This document shows positions 31,609 through 41,480 of a DNA stretch of 64,000 nucleotides, piece after piece. The stretch is from an uncultured Nitrospiraceae bacterium (GTDB lineage: Bacteria > Nitrospirota > Thermodesulfovibrionia > Thermodesulfovibrionales > Dissulfurispiraceae). The position numbers and the translations under genes are program-made. Location: NCBI GenBank assembly GCA_963705105.1, contig CAVPIW010000019.1, positions 15,788 through 79,787 of the forward strand, written 5' to 3'. Under the pieces are notes generated by a model that did not search any database, was not told the origin of the DNA, and was given only the letters and a program-made list of their open reading frames with translations. Position 1 is the stretch's first letter. Each line of letters starts with the position of its first letter.

Positions 31609-34600
31609 ATGGCAGAAATGAAAAGGCCTTCAGAGGAACAATCTCAGCATAAGAGCACTGCCCGCAGGAAGCCGGGGAGCGCTCAAAAGCCCGGCAAAGC
31701 CACACCCCTCACCGTCAAGCAACAAACTCCGCTGCACAGGAGAGGCAGCGGGAGTTTCTATATCGTCGGCATCGGCGCCTCCGCGGGCGGACTGGAGGCC
31801 TTTGAGAAATTCTTCAGGAATATGCCTGCCGATAGCGGCATAGCCTTCGTCTTGATCCCCCACCTGGACCCGACGCACAAAAGCATCCTGGCTGACCTGC
31901 TCCAGCGCTACACGAAAATGACCATCGTCCAGGCACAGGACGGGATGAAAGTGCAGCCCAACGTTGTGCACATCATCCCACCGAACAAAGACATGTCCAT
32001 CCTGCACGGGACCCTTCAGTTGTTTGAACCGGTCAAGAGCCAAGGCATACGGCATCCTATTGATTTCTTTTTCCGGTCACTGGCTGAAGACCAGCGGGAG
32101 AAGGCCGTCGCCGTTATCCTCTCCGGCACCGGGACAGAAGGCGTGCTCGGCTTAAAGGCAATCAAGGGTGAAGGAGGCCTGGTACTTGTGCAGGACGTGA
32201 TGACGGCGAAATATGACGGCATGCCGGGCAGCGCCATAGCAACAGGTCTTGCCGACCACGTGCTGCCTCCGGACAGGATGCCTGAACAGCTCCTGCGCTA
32301 TATCAGGAGACCCTATTCCAAACCCGTTCCGCTCGGTGAACAACCGGCGAGGACGTCCCAGAACCTTTTGCAGAAGATATTTGTGCTGATCCGGGCCCAG
32401 ACAGATCACGACTTTTCCCTTTATAAACAGATGACCATCCTGCGCAGGATCGAAAAACGGATGGCAATGCACCAGATCGGGCGGCTGGCGGACTACGTCA
32501 CGTACCTCCGCGATACCCCCCCTGAAGTCGAAGCACTTTTCAAAGAGCTGTTGATCAGGGTAACCAATTTCTTCAGAGACCCCGAAGCATTCGAGGTCCT
32601 GAAATCGAAAGTGCTTCCCCACGTGCTGAAAAGCAGACCCGCCGATGCCCCCCTCCGGATATGGGTGCCCGGCTGCTCTACTGGTGAAGAGGCATACTCC
32701 CTGGCGATCATCGTTCGTGAATGCGCACAAATGCTGAAAGCGAAATTCAAAGTACAGATATTTGCGACTGACATAGACGGCGCAGCCATCGAAACGGCAC
32801 GTGCCGGCCTCTATGCCGAAAGTATAAGCGTTGACGTTTCGCCCGAGCGCCTGACCGGATTCTTTGTCAGAAAAGGCGCGAAGTACAAGATAAAGGAAGA
32901 TATCCGGGGAATGGTCGTCTTTGCGGTCCAGGACGTCGTCAAGGACCCGCCCTTCTCGCGGCTCGACATGATAAGCTGCAGAAACCTCCTGATCTACATG
33001 AGCGCAGACCTCCAGAAGAAGCTCCTGCCCCTGTTCAGTTATTCCCTGAAGCCCGGCGGCATCCTGTTCCTCGGGTCTTCCGAGAACATCGGAGACCGGG
33101 CCGACATGTTTTCCGTGCTCGACAAGAAATGGAGGATATATGCAGTCAAGCGGTCCGCAGTTGTGCCGTTGCCTGCCGACCTGCATCATGGTCGGCTGCC
33201 CGATGCAGTCGCAAAACCGGAACAGTCCGTCGAATTCAAGACGCCCGGGGATGACAGCATCGGCGTATTGACCGAGCAGTTGCTGCTGGAAAGCTATGTG
33301 CCCGCATGCGTGATCGCAGATGAAAAAGGCGATATCCTCTATTTCCACGGCAGGACCGGCGCCTATCTCGAGCCTGCCTCGGGAAAAGCACGGCTCAATG
33401 TCGTCGACATGGCACGCGAGGGGTTGCGCCGTGAACTCCGGACCGGTCTCGGCAAGGCGATGACCCAGGGAGAGGACATCCTGCTGAAAGGGCTTCGCGT
33501 AAAGATGAACGGGGGCTTCAAGACCGTGGACCTCGAGGTGAAATACATCAAAAAGCCGGAGCGCCTGCGAGGCCTCGTGATGGTCGTGTTTCATGAGACG
33601 GCGCAGATCAGGGGTGAGAAAACGGCGCGTCCAAAACTTCCTCCTGAGGGAAAACCGCACCGCCGCACTGCCGAACTTGAATGGGAACTCAAGTCTGCGA
33701 AAGAACACCTCCAGTCCACCATCGAAGAACTCGAAACCTCCAACGAAGAGCTCCAGTCGTTGAATGAAGAGCTCCAGTCCGCCAACGAGGAACTTCAGAG
33801 CACGAATGAAGAGATAGAGACCTCCCAGGAGGAGCTCCAGTCCGTCAATGAAGAGCTCATAACGGTCAATGCGGAGCTGCAGAAAAAAATCGACGAACTG
33901 GTGGAGCTCAACGATGATATGAGTAACATGCTTGCAGGCACCCAGATCGCCACCATTTTTTTAAGCAACGATCTGCTCATCAAGCGGTTCACCCCGGCGA
34001 CGACCGATATTATCCACCTTATCCAGGCGGATTTGGGGCGCCCCATCAGCGACATCGCCGCGAAACTGGACTATGACGTGGTAAAAGACGCGGAAGAGGT
34101 GCTCAGGACCCTGGCCTCGAAAGAGCGAGAAGTGCCCAGCCGAAACGGGCGATGGTATGTTGTCCGCATCATGCCGTACCGGACCGTGGCGAACGTCATT
34201 GACGGAGTCGTTGTCACGTTTGCAGATGTGACCGCGCAGAAGCGGGCCCAGGAAGATCTGCGGGAGGCCCTCGATTTCACCGAGGCCATCGTCGAGACAG
34301 TGCGGGAACCGCTCGTGATACTCAATGGGAACCTGCAGGTGATACGCGCAAACAACGCCTTCTATAAGACCTTCGACGTGTCCCCCGGAATGACCGAAAA
34401 AAGGCTTATCTACGAGCTCGGCAATCGCCAGTGGGACATACCGGCACTCAGGGAGCTCCTCGAAAGTATCCTGCCGGAAAACTCGCAGGTCCTTGATTTC
34501 GTGGTTGACCATGAATTCCCGGGCATCGGGCGCAAGAAGATGCTGCTTAATGCCCGCCGGATGGCAAGGCAGGAAGCTCGGACACAGACCATTCTCCTGG

Positions 34601-34644
34601 CCATCGAAGACATAACCGACCGGAAAGACAGGCATGAGCAATAG
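31609..34644 (+). CDS. CheB methylesterase-CheR methyltransferase fusion with coiled coil and PAS domains
   Basis: GIGASAGGLEA, ILSGTGTEG; VTNFFRD, WVPGCSTGEEAYS, ISCRNLLIY; EELQSxNEE repeats. Confidence 0.95.
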   Translation: MAEMKRPSEEQSQHKSTARRKPGSAQKPGKATPLTVKQQTPLHRRGSGSFYIVGIGASAGGLEAFEKFFRNMPADSGIAFVLIPHLDPTHKSILADLLQRYTKMTIVQAQDGMKVQPNVVHIIPPNKDMSILHGTLQLFEPVKSQGIRHPIDFFFRSLAEDQREKAVAVILSGTGTEGVLGLKAIKGEGGLVLVQDVMTAKYDGMPGSAIATGLADHVLPPDRMPEQLLRYIRRPYSKPVPLGEQPARTSQNLLQKIFVLIRAQTDHDFSLYKQMTILRRIEKRMAMHQIGRLADYVTYLRDTPPEVEALFKELLIRVTNFFRDPEAFEVLKSKVLPHVLKSRPADAPLRIWVPGCSTGEEAYSLAIIVRECAQMLKAKFKVQIFATDIDGAAIETARAGLYAESISVDVSPERLTGFFVRKGAKYKIKEDIRGMVVFAVQDVVKDPPFSRLDMISCRNLLIYMSADLQKKLLPLFSYSLKPGGILFLGSSENIGDRADMFSVLDKKWRIYAVKRSAVVPLPADLHHGRLPDAVAKPEQSVEFKTPGDDSIGVLTEQLLLESYVPACVIADEKGDILYFHGRTGAYLEPASGKARLNVVDMAREGLRRELRTGLGKAMTQGEDILLKGLRVKMNGGFKTVDLEVKYIKKPERLRGLVMVVFHETAQIRGEKTARPKLPPEGKPHRRTAELEWELKSAKEHLQSTIEELETSNEELQSLNEELQSANEELQSTNEEIETSQEELQSVNEELITVNAELQKKIDELVELNDDMSNMLAGTQIATIFLSNDLLIKRFTPATTDIIHLIQADLGRPISDIAAKLDYDVVKDAEEVLRTLASKEREVPSRNGRWYVVRIMPYRTVANVIDGVVVTFADVTAQKRAQEDLREALDFTEAIVETVREPLVILNGNLQVIRANNAFYKTFDVSPGMTEKRLIYELGNRQWDIPALRELLESILPENSQVLDFVVDHEFPGIGRKKMLLNARRMARQEARTQTILLAIEDITDRKDRHEQ

Positions 34645-36436
34645 TCACGAACAGGAAGATGTATCGCGCCTCCGGAAAAATGCGGAGAAGAAACTGAAGG
34701 CACAGCTTGTGAGGCTCAATAAGCTCTCAACCCTGGATGTGCAGGACCTCGTTCACGAACTTGGGACGCACCAAATCGAACTGGAGATGCAGAACGAAGA
34801 GCTGCGCAGGGCGCAGGAAGAGCTTGAGTCATCGCGGAGCAGGTACGTGGATCTCTACGATTTTGCGCCTGTCGGTTATTTCACCTTTGACAAGAACGAA
34901 CTGATCCGAGAGGTGAATCTCACGGGAGCAAGATTGCTGGGAATCGAGCGCGCATTGCTGCTCAATAAACCCTTTGCCGGTTTTATTGCAGAGGCGGCGG
35001 ACAGAATATTGTTCTCGAACCACCGGCAGGAGGTTTCGCAGGCCCCCGGCAAGCAGACCTGCGAAATCAGGCTCAGGAAGAAAGACGGCACGGTGTTCAT
35101 TGCGCAACTCCGGAGCGTGGCGAAGACAGATATGGACGGCAAAGCCTTGTCTATCCATACCGTCATTGCGGACATCACCGACCGCAAACGGCTTGAAGAA
35201 AGACTCATTAGAGCGCACAGCGAGCTTGAAGAGAGAGTGCGGGAGAGAACGTCGGAACTGGAAGCGACCAACAGAGCGTTACAGATAGAGGTGGCTGAGC
35301 GCAGAAAGGCTGAGGAGGCACAGCGCGCCTCTGCCAAGGTGATTCAGGACCTCTACGACAATGCGCCCTGCGGTTACCACTCGCTGAATGAGCACGGGGT
35401 CTTTGTTCTGATCAATGACACCGAGCTGCGATGGCTGGGATACTCGCGCGAGGAGGTCGTGGGCAGGATGAAGTTCGGCGATGTCCTCAGCCCGGGGAGC
35501 GCCGAGGTCTTCAGGGAGCATTTCGTGAAGTTCAAAGAGCGCGGGGAGAAACAGGATCTCGAGCTTGAGATGACCCGCAAGGACAGGACTGTTTTTGCTG
35601 CCCTCCTCAGCGCTTCTGCCCTGCGAGATGAAGAGGGCAACTTCTTCATGTGCAGATCGACCGTGTTTGACATTTCGGAGCGCAAGAAGGCTGAGATGGA
35701 GGCGATGCGGGCAGCCCGCCTGGCCTCGATCGGGGAACTTGCAGCAGGCGTAGCCCACGAGATCAACAACCCCATCAACAGCATCATCAACTATGCGGAG
35801 ATCATCGCGCAAAAGACGCACGGGGATGCGCCGCAGCACCCGATGGCAGAGGAGATCAAGCAGGAAGGTATGCGGATTGCAGCCATCGTGAAGGGGTTGC
35901 TGTCTTTTGCACGCGATACGAAAGGCAGGAAGACGCCGGTGACTGCAAGAAACATCGTCTCGGCCGCTCTGGCACTTACCAGTGCCGTCATGCGCAAGGA
36001 GGCCATCATCCTCAGGCTGACGGTCCCCGACGACCTGCCCACTGTGCTTGGCAACACGCAGGAACTGCAGCAGGTCGTGCTGAATATCATCAGCAATGCG
36101 CGCTATGCTCTGCAGGAGAAGTATCCTCACGCACACGACGACAAGATTCTGGAAATCATGGGAGGATTTGTTAAGAATGATACCAGACCGGCGGTCCGGC
36201 TCATCTTCCGCGATCACGGCACGGGCATCCCCGCGCCAGTGCTTCACCGGGTTCATGAGCCTTTCTTCACGACGAAACCGGGATCCCTCGGGACAGGCAT
36301 CGGCCTCAGCATCAGTGCCAAGATCGTGGCGGATCATGGTGGCCGGCTCACCATAGACAGCAAGGAAGGATCGTATACAGAGGTGACGGTCGAGTTGCCC
36401 GCTTCAGTTGAAGAGGGCGGCAAGGGGGAGAAATGA
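34634..36436 (+). CDS. PAS-domain sensor histidine kinase
   Basis: H-box GVAHEINNP, N-box NIISNA, DHGTGI, FFTTK, GTGIGL. Confidence 0.95.
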   Translation: MSNSHEQEDVSRLRKNAEKKLKAQLVRLNKLSTLDVQDLVHELGTHQIELEMQNEELRRAQEELESSRSRYVDLYDFAPVGYFTFDKNELIREVNLTGARLLGIERALLLNKPFAGFIAEAADRILFSNHRQEVSQAPGKQTCEIRLRKKDGTVFIAQLRSVAKTDMDGKALSIHTVIADITDRKRLEERLIRAHSELEERVRERTSELEATNRALQIEVAERRKAEEAQRASAKVIQDLYDNAPCGYHSLNEHGVFVLINDTELRWLGYSREEVVGRMKFGDVLSPGSAEVFREHFVKFKERGEKQDLELEMTRKDRTVFAALLSASALRDEEGNFFMCRSTVFDISERKKAEMEAMRAARLASIGELAAGVAHEINNPINSIINYAEIIAQKTHGDAPQHPMAEEIKQEGMRIAAIVKGLLSFARDTKGRKTPVTARNIVSAALALTSAVMRKEAIILRLTVPDDLPTVLGNTQELQQVVLNIISNARYALQEKYPHAHDDKILEIMGGFVKNDTRPAVRLIFRDHGTGIPAPVLHRVHEPFFTTKPGSLGTGIGLSISAKIVADHGGRLTIDSKEGSYTEVTVELPASVEEGGKGEK

Positions 36437-36675
36437 AGCCGACAGTACTTGTCGTCGATGACGAACAGGGCATACGGGCCACCTTTGACATCTTCCTGCG
36501 GCACGAGGGGTGCGAAGCTGCCACTGCAGAAAATGACGAGGAGGCGATGGCGATTATTTCCGGGACCGCCTTTGACATGATCCTCGCAGATACAATCCTG
36601 TAAGGCGAGCCAGGAATCATGCTTCTTCGGGAGATCAGGGATAGGCAGCCGGAATGTCCCGTGGTCATGTTCACC
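36433..36675 (+). pseudogene. Response regulator receiver domain, nonsense-disrupted and truncated
   Basis: MKPTVLVVDDEQGIR...FDMILADTIL*GEPGIMLLREIR...PVVMFT; in-frame TAA at 36601-36603; similarity ends after MFT. Confidence 0.8.
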
Positions 36676-36862
36676 TTCTCCTCATGGTGTCGTCCATATG
36701 AACGATTGATGATCCTGCCGGCTTCGCGCATCAGATTAACGACGAAGCCACATCCCGATAAAGTGGCGCCCGAGTCAGAGTCCCTAAAGAAAGAGGCTCT
36801 GAGAAAGATTTATAGAACAACAATGTGTGTTGTCAGCTTCACCGATTGTAAGGAGGTAGAGC

Positions 36863-37156
36863 ATGTCCGTGATTCTGATCAATCCCTTCGACGTTCCGGC
36901 CGGAAAGGACGAGGAGGCGCTCGCCTTTTGGGAAAAGGCGGCGGATTACATGCGGACGCAGCCGGGTTTCATTTCCACCCGGTTGCATAAGGCGATCGTC
37001 CCATGGGCCCGTTTCCGTCTTATCAACGTCGCCGAGTGGGAATCGTCGGCGCACTTTGAGGCCGCCGTCAACAGTGCGGAATTCAAGACACTCACCGAGC
37101 CCTACATGGAGGAATTCCCCCACTATCCCGGTCTTTATGAGGTGGTGAAAACCTGA
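36863..37156 (+). CDS. Antibiotic biosynthesis monooxygenase (ABM) family protein
   Basis: LINPFDVP...QPGFISTRLH...NVAEWES; RBS AAGGAGG. Confidence 0.85.
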   Translation: MSVILINPFDVPAGKDEEALAFWEKAADYMRTQPGFISTRLHKAIVPWARFRLINVAEWESSAHFEAAVNSAEFKTLTEPYMEEFPHYPGLYEVVKT

Positions 37157-37163
37157 CCGTCGG

Positions 37164-37190
37164 TCAAGATTTCCACCTCCTTCACGATAA
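37164..37190 (+). promoter_or_regulatory. Possible sigma28 (FliA) promoter
   Basis: TCAAG-N14-CACGATAA, similar to TCAAG-N14-GCCGATAA. Confidence 0.45.
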
Positions 37191-37210
37191 CAAGCTCAAA
37201 GGGTTCACGT

Positions 37211-38281
37211 ATGATCATAGAACACGCAAAGCTCAGTCTCTCATCGTTCCGCACCTACGAGAAGTCCCGCGAGGTGAGCGAAAACCTCGAAGCATGGGAC
37301 AACAGGGGAGCACCCCGCGCCGCTGGGATGGGACTGCATGTGGGCGCACTTATAAAGGTAGACACCGTCTCGATTTCGGAAGAGGCGAAGGCATGCCGGA
37401 CCTGCAATGCCGGTGAGACAACAGAGGATGATGATATCTCCCGCATGGACAGCAGGCTTTTCCTGATCAAATCGATCGTCGAGAGGATGATGGGCAGGAA
37501 GATCAGGGTCCTCGATGTGGCAGACTTCCGGGAAGGGGTCGCCGAGGCGGAAGAGTGCGGAGAGGAGCTCTCGAAGGCAACGCAGGGAGCAGGCCGCGGC
37601 AGGGCGAGCAATGAAGGCTGGGGTGTGCGCTATGACAGAACGGACACCCAGGTCGAACATGAGGAGACGGTCTTCAAGGCAAAGGGACAGATCGAGACGG
37701 CGGACGGCAGGAAGATCAAATTCTCCCTCTCGCTGATTATGGAGAGAACATTCATGTCATCGGACAGCGTTTCCCTGAGGGCCGGTGATGCCGCCAAGGA
37801 CCCTCTCGTCATCAGCTTCGACGGAACGGCCGCCGAACTCACCGATACGACATTCTCCTTTGATCTCGACGCGAACGGCGAGGCGGAGGACATCCCCTTC
37901 GTCGGCACCGGAAGCGGTTTTCTCGTCCTCGACAAAAACGGCGACGGCGTCGTCAACGACGGCTCGGAGCTCTTCGGACCCGGCACGGGTGACGGTTTTG
38001 CAGAATTGTCAGCCTACGACGGAGACGGCAACGGCTGGATCGATGAGCGTGATGCGGCCTATGACCGGCTCATGGTCTGGACGAAGGATGCACAGGGCAT
38101 CGACACCCTGACAAGCCTCACTGAAAAAGGGATCGGCGCCATTTCGACGGAACGGATCGAGACGGCTTTCGATATCACAGATGACGACAACTCGCTCCTC
38201 GGGCAGATCAGGCAGTCCGGCGTCTATATCAGGGAAAACGGCACCGCCGGTATTGTGCAGCGCCTCGACATCGTCACCTAA
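37211..38281 (+). CDS. Conserved hypothetical protein with Ca-binding (DxNGDG, VCBS-like) motifs
   Basis: DPLVISFDG, FDLDANG, LDKNGDGVVNDGSELFG, YDGDGNGWIDE. Confidence 0.75.
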   Translation: MIIEHAKLSLSSFRTYEKSREVSENLEAWDNRGAPRAAGMGLHVGALIKVDTVSISEEAKACRTCNAGETTEDDDISRMDSRLFLIKSIVERMMGRKIRVLDVADFREGVAEAEECGEELSKATQGAGRGRASNEGWGVRYDRTDTQVEHEETVFKAKGQIETADGRKIKFSLSLIMERTFMSSDSVSLRAGDAAKDPLVISFDGTAAELTDTTFSFDLDANGEAEDIPFVGTGSGFLVLDKNGDGVVNDGSELFGPGTGDGFAELSAYDGDGNGWIDERDAAYDRLMVWTKDAQGIDTLTSLTEKGIGAISTERIETAFDITDDDNSLLGQIRQSGVYIRENGTAGIVQRLDIVT

Positions 38282-38617
38282 CCCTTCTCTTTCATCTCGC
38301 ACGTATCCGCAAAGACAACTTCCCAATCCCCATCCTCGGGCAATCATCATTAAACCTTTCACGGCGGGCTCACTCCTATAGATTATGAAACGGCTGAGAT
38401 TCCCATGACAAGAACTACCTAACGAACGAGACTGTCTTCATAACGGGTCGTTCACATACATGCAATACGAGGAGCGGACCCGGCTCCACGATGAACTCGA
38501 CAGGGCGAGCAGGCATATCTATAACCAGAAGCACGACAGGCAGCGGCTCTCTCCCTCCTTGGGGTACCGTCCTGAAACCGGCAGGGCGGTACCCCCTCCT
38601 TTTTCCGGATTGTTCAG

Positions 38618-40436
38618 CTACATTTCAACCCGCGTGATGATGCCGTGCAGTTTCTGCGGAGGGAGTTCGTAGAACTTCACGAAAGCGGGAGTGTTTCTCT
38701 TTATGAATGCAAAAATGCGCCATATGATGCTGTCCGTCACAATGTCTTCAAGACCATAGAAGATGGCGACTTCATCGATGCCCGCCTCCTTGAGGATCTC
38801 CTCAACGTCGATCACCTCCATGTATCCCATCTGTATCTCGAAAGTCCTCAAACCCGGTGCGACGGTCTCTTTGAAAAATCCGATCACGCCGAAGGGGTCG
38901 TCCCGCCTCACCAGGGAGACGAAGATGTTGTCCTCATAGACGATCCTCTGGGTCAGCATGGTTCTGACGATGTAGGGAGATACCAGGCTGATGTCACGGG
39001 CGAAGAAAAGAGCCGTCCCCTTGAGTCTGCTCATACTCGTGTAGACATACGTATACCGCCTGAGGAACTCGCTCTGGTTCATCTGTTTCATCGATCTGTA
39101 GAGCTGCTTCTGACCTTTTGTATACAGGAAGATGATCCCGAGGGGAATAGATGCAATGACAATGGACCAGTAGCCGCCGTGAGGGATCTTGTAAATGTTT
39201 GAGAGAAGATAAACGACATCGACGACCGTCACAAGAAAGGATACGAGGGCCAGGGCCTTCTTGCCTTTCAGGTGAAAGATCCAGGTCATGAAGAGCCCCG
39301 TCAGGGTCATCGTTCCGGTGACGGCAAGGCCGTATGCAGCAGCAAGGCGGCTCGACTCACCGAACTCGACCATGACGAAGAGGACGGCAAGGAGGAGGAA
39401 CCAGTTGACGGAACCTATGTAGATCTGAGATCTCATCTCCGTGGACGTGTAATCGACCTTGAAGAGGGGCATCACATGGGTCGTGATCCCCTGATAGACG
39501 ATCGAGAACATCCCGCTGATCATGGCCTGCGATGCAATGACGGTGGCCATGATGCTCAGAATGAGGAAGGGGACGTAGAGTGCCTGCGCATGGTAGAAAA
39601 CCATCCCGAAGAGCACGTTCTTGGACTCCGGGTGCCCGATGAGAAAGGCCCCCTGCCCCAGATAGTTCAAAAGCAATGCAAAAAAGACGAAATACCAGGC
39701 CCTGAGGATCGGCATCCTGCCTAGGTGACCCATGTCGGCATAGAGGGCTTCACCGCCAGTGGCGCAAAGTATGACTTCCGACAGGACGAAGAACCCTGCA
39801 ATACCGTTCTCGTATAGAAACTCCAGGGCATAGTGGGGGCTGATGGCCCTGATCACAGTTGGAAATTCCAGGATGGACAGGACCCCTGAAAGGGCGAGCG
39901 ACCCGAACCACAGGACCATCAGGGGGCCGAAGGCGGCCGATACCTTCTCTGTCCCTTTTTTCTGGAACGAAAACAGGACGATGGCGATCATGCCCGCGAG
40001 CACGACGAGGAGTTCCTTGCTCGTATGCTCCAGTCCCGGGATGAGAAGCATCCCCTCGACGGCGCTCAGGATGCTGATGGCAGGCGTGATGACACCGTCT
40101 CCGATGAGCAGGGAAATGCCGGCATAGGAGAGCACAGTGACAAAGGCCGCTTTTTTGCCCGATTTTAGCAGGGGCACGAGGATTTCTCTGAGGACGATCG
40201 TTCCGCCCTCGCCTTTCCTGCTGAGGCTCATGGCGAGCCAGGCGTATGCAACGGTGACAAGGATGATCAGTGTCCACGTGATCAGTGAAAGGACGCCGAT
40301 GACGTTTGCCTCCGTCGGCTTCGTAAGCAGGATGATGACGGTGAGAGTATAGATGGGGCTTGTCCCGATGTCGCCGAAGACAAGGCCGAGAGACTTGATG
40401 ATGCCTTTTGCTACCGACTCTTTATGGTTAAGCACT
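38618..40436 (-). CDS. kup: KUP/HAK/KT potassium transporter
   Basis: GLVFGDIGTSPIY, DGVITPAISILSAVEG, TGGEALYADMGH. GTG start chosen downstream of the REP-like element; exact start uncertain. Confidence 0.95.
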
Positions 40437-40498
40437 CTTTTTCCCAGAACTTTTGTCAGCAGAGCTACTAAGAATGTCAGGAGTAAAACCCCGCAATT

Positions 40499-40583
40499 TG
40501 TCATTCCCGCAACCCCGCACTCGAGGCGGGGGCGTCGGGAATCCTTCTGAAAAGAGAAAGATTCCGGACAAGCCGGAATGACA
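40499..40583 (+). repeat. Palindromic REP-like repeat, family A, copy 2
   Basis: Near-identical to 1064-1150. Confidence 0.85.
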
Positions 40584-40670
40584 GAATCTTATACCGACCG
40601 TGGCTCCACCAATAGACCCATTAGTAAATACCCTTTCTTACAGCTTAACAACGGGGGCTGTAAATTTTGG

Positions 40671-40710
40671 ATCAATAAAGGGGCTTCAGGTATAAAGATC
40701 CTGTAAAAAA
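40671..40710 (-). promoter_or_regulatory. Candidate KdpE box and promoter of kup
   Basis: Minus strand TTTTTTACAGGATCTTTATAC...AAGCCCC..TTGA; 18/21 match to 49498-49518; resembles the T-rich KdpE site. Confidence 0.55.
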
Positions 40711-40735
40711 GAGGGAGGCGAAGGAGGGCTGACGA

Positions 40736-41452
40736 TCAGGGTGACGGCTCATCGTCGTATTTGAGTCTGTAACCAACACCCGGTTCGTTGAGAAGAAAGC
40801 GCGGCCGCGCCGGGTCATCCTCGATCTTGCGCCTGAGCTGGGCCATGTAGACGCGCAGATACTGCGTCTGCCCCGCATAGGGCGGCCCCCACACGTCCCT
40901 CAGGATCTGGCTGTGAGTGACCACCTTGCCGGCATTCCGGATCAGGAGGGCCAACAGCCTGTATTCTATGGGTGTCAGGTGAATCTCCTTCCCGCCGACG
41001 AAAACCTGTCTCTTCGTCAGATCGACCCGTATAGTACCGAGTTCGAATACCGGCTGCTTTTCCTGTGCGTACTGCATTATCTTGTGACGCAGGGACACAC
41101 GGATGCGGGCGAGGAGTTCCCCGGCGCCGAAAGGCTTTGTGAGGTAATCATCGGCGCCGGCATCGAGGGCACGCACCTTGTCCTGTTCCTGCTCCCGCGC
41201 CGAAAGCACGATGATCGGCATCGAGCTCCATTCACGCAACTGCCCGATCACGTCCAGGCCCTCCATATCAGGGAGGCCGAGATCGAGCAACACGACGTCG
41301 GGATTGCGCGTCGTCGCCTGCATCAGCCCTTCCTGCCCCGTTGCCGCCTCAATAAGGCGATAGCCGTGGCTCTGGAGCGTTATCCTCAGGAAACGGCGCA
41401 TCTGGGACTCGTCCTCTATAAGAAGGATCAGTTCTGCATCCCGCTCTGTCAT
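40736..41452 (-). CDS. kdpE: Response regulator KdpE
   Basis: LLIEDE, LLDLGLPD, ALDAGADDYLTKPF, YLRVYMAQLRRKIE..P.RP...EPGVGY. Confidence 0.95.
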   Translation of the reverse strand: MTERDAELILLIEDESQMRRFLRITLQSHGYRLIEAATGQEGLMQATTRNPDVVLLDLGLPDMEGLDVIGQLREWSSMPIIVLSAREQEQDKVRALDAGADDYLTKPFGAGELLARIRVSLRHKIMQYAQEKQPVFELGTIRVDLTKRQVFVGGKEIHLTPIEYRLLALLIRNAGKVVTHSQILRDVWGPPYAGQTQYLRVYMAQLRRKIEDDPARPRFLLNEPGVGYRLKYDDEPSP

Positions 41453-41480
41453 ACTGTTATCCTCCTGCACGGAGAAAAGA

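Noticed and set aside
33715..33870. Tandem 21-nt-period repeats resembling an array
   Set aside because: Coding EELQSxNEE heptads of the CheBR coiled coil; not CRISPR.
40437..40504. N-terminal extension of kup
   Set aside because: The upstream ATG falls inside the REP-like element; a downstream GTG is more plausible.
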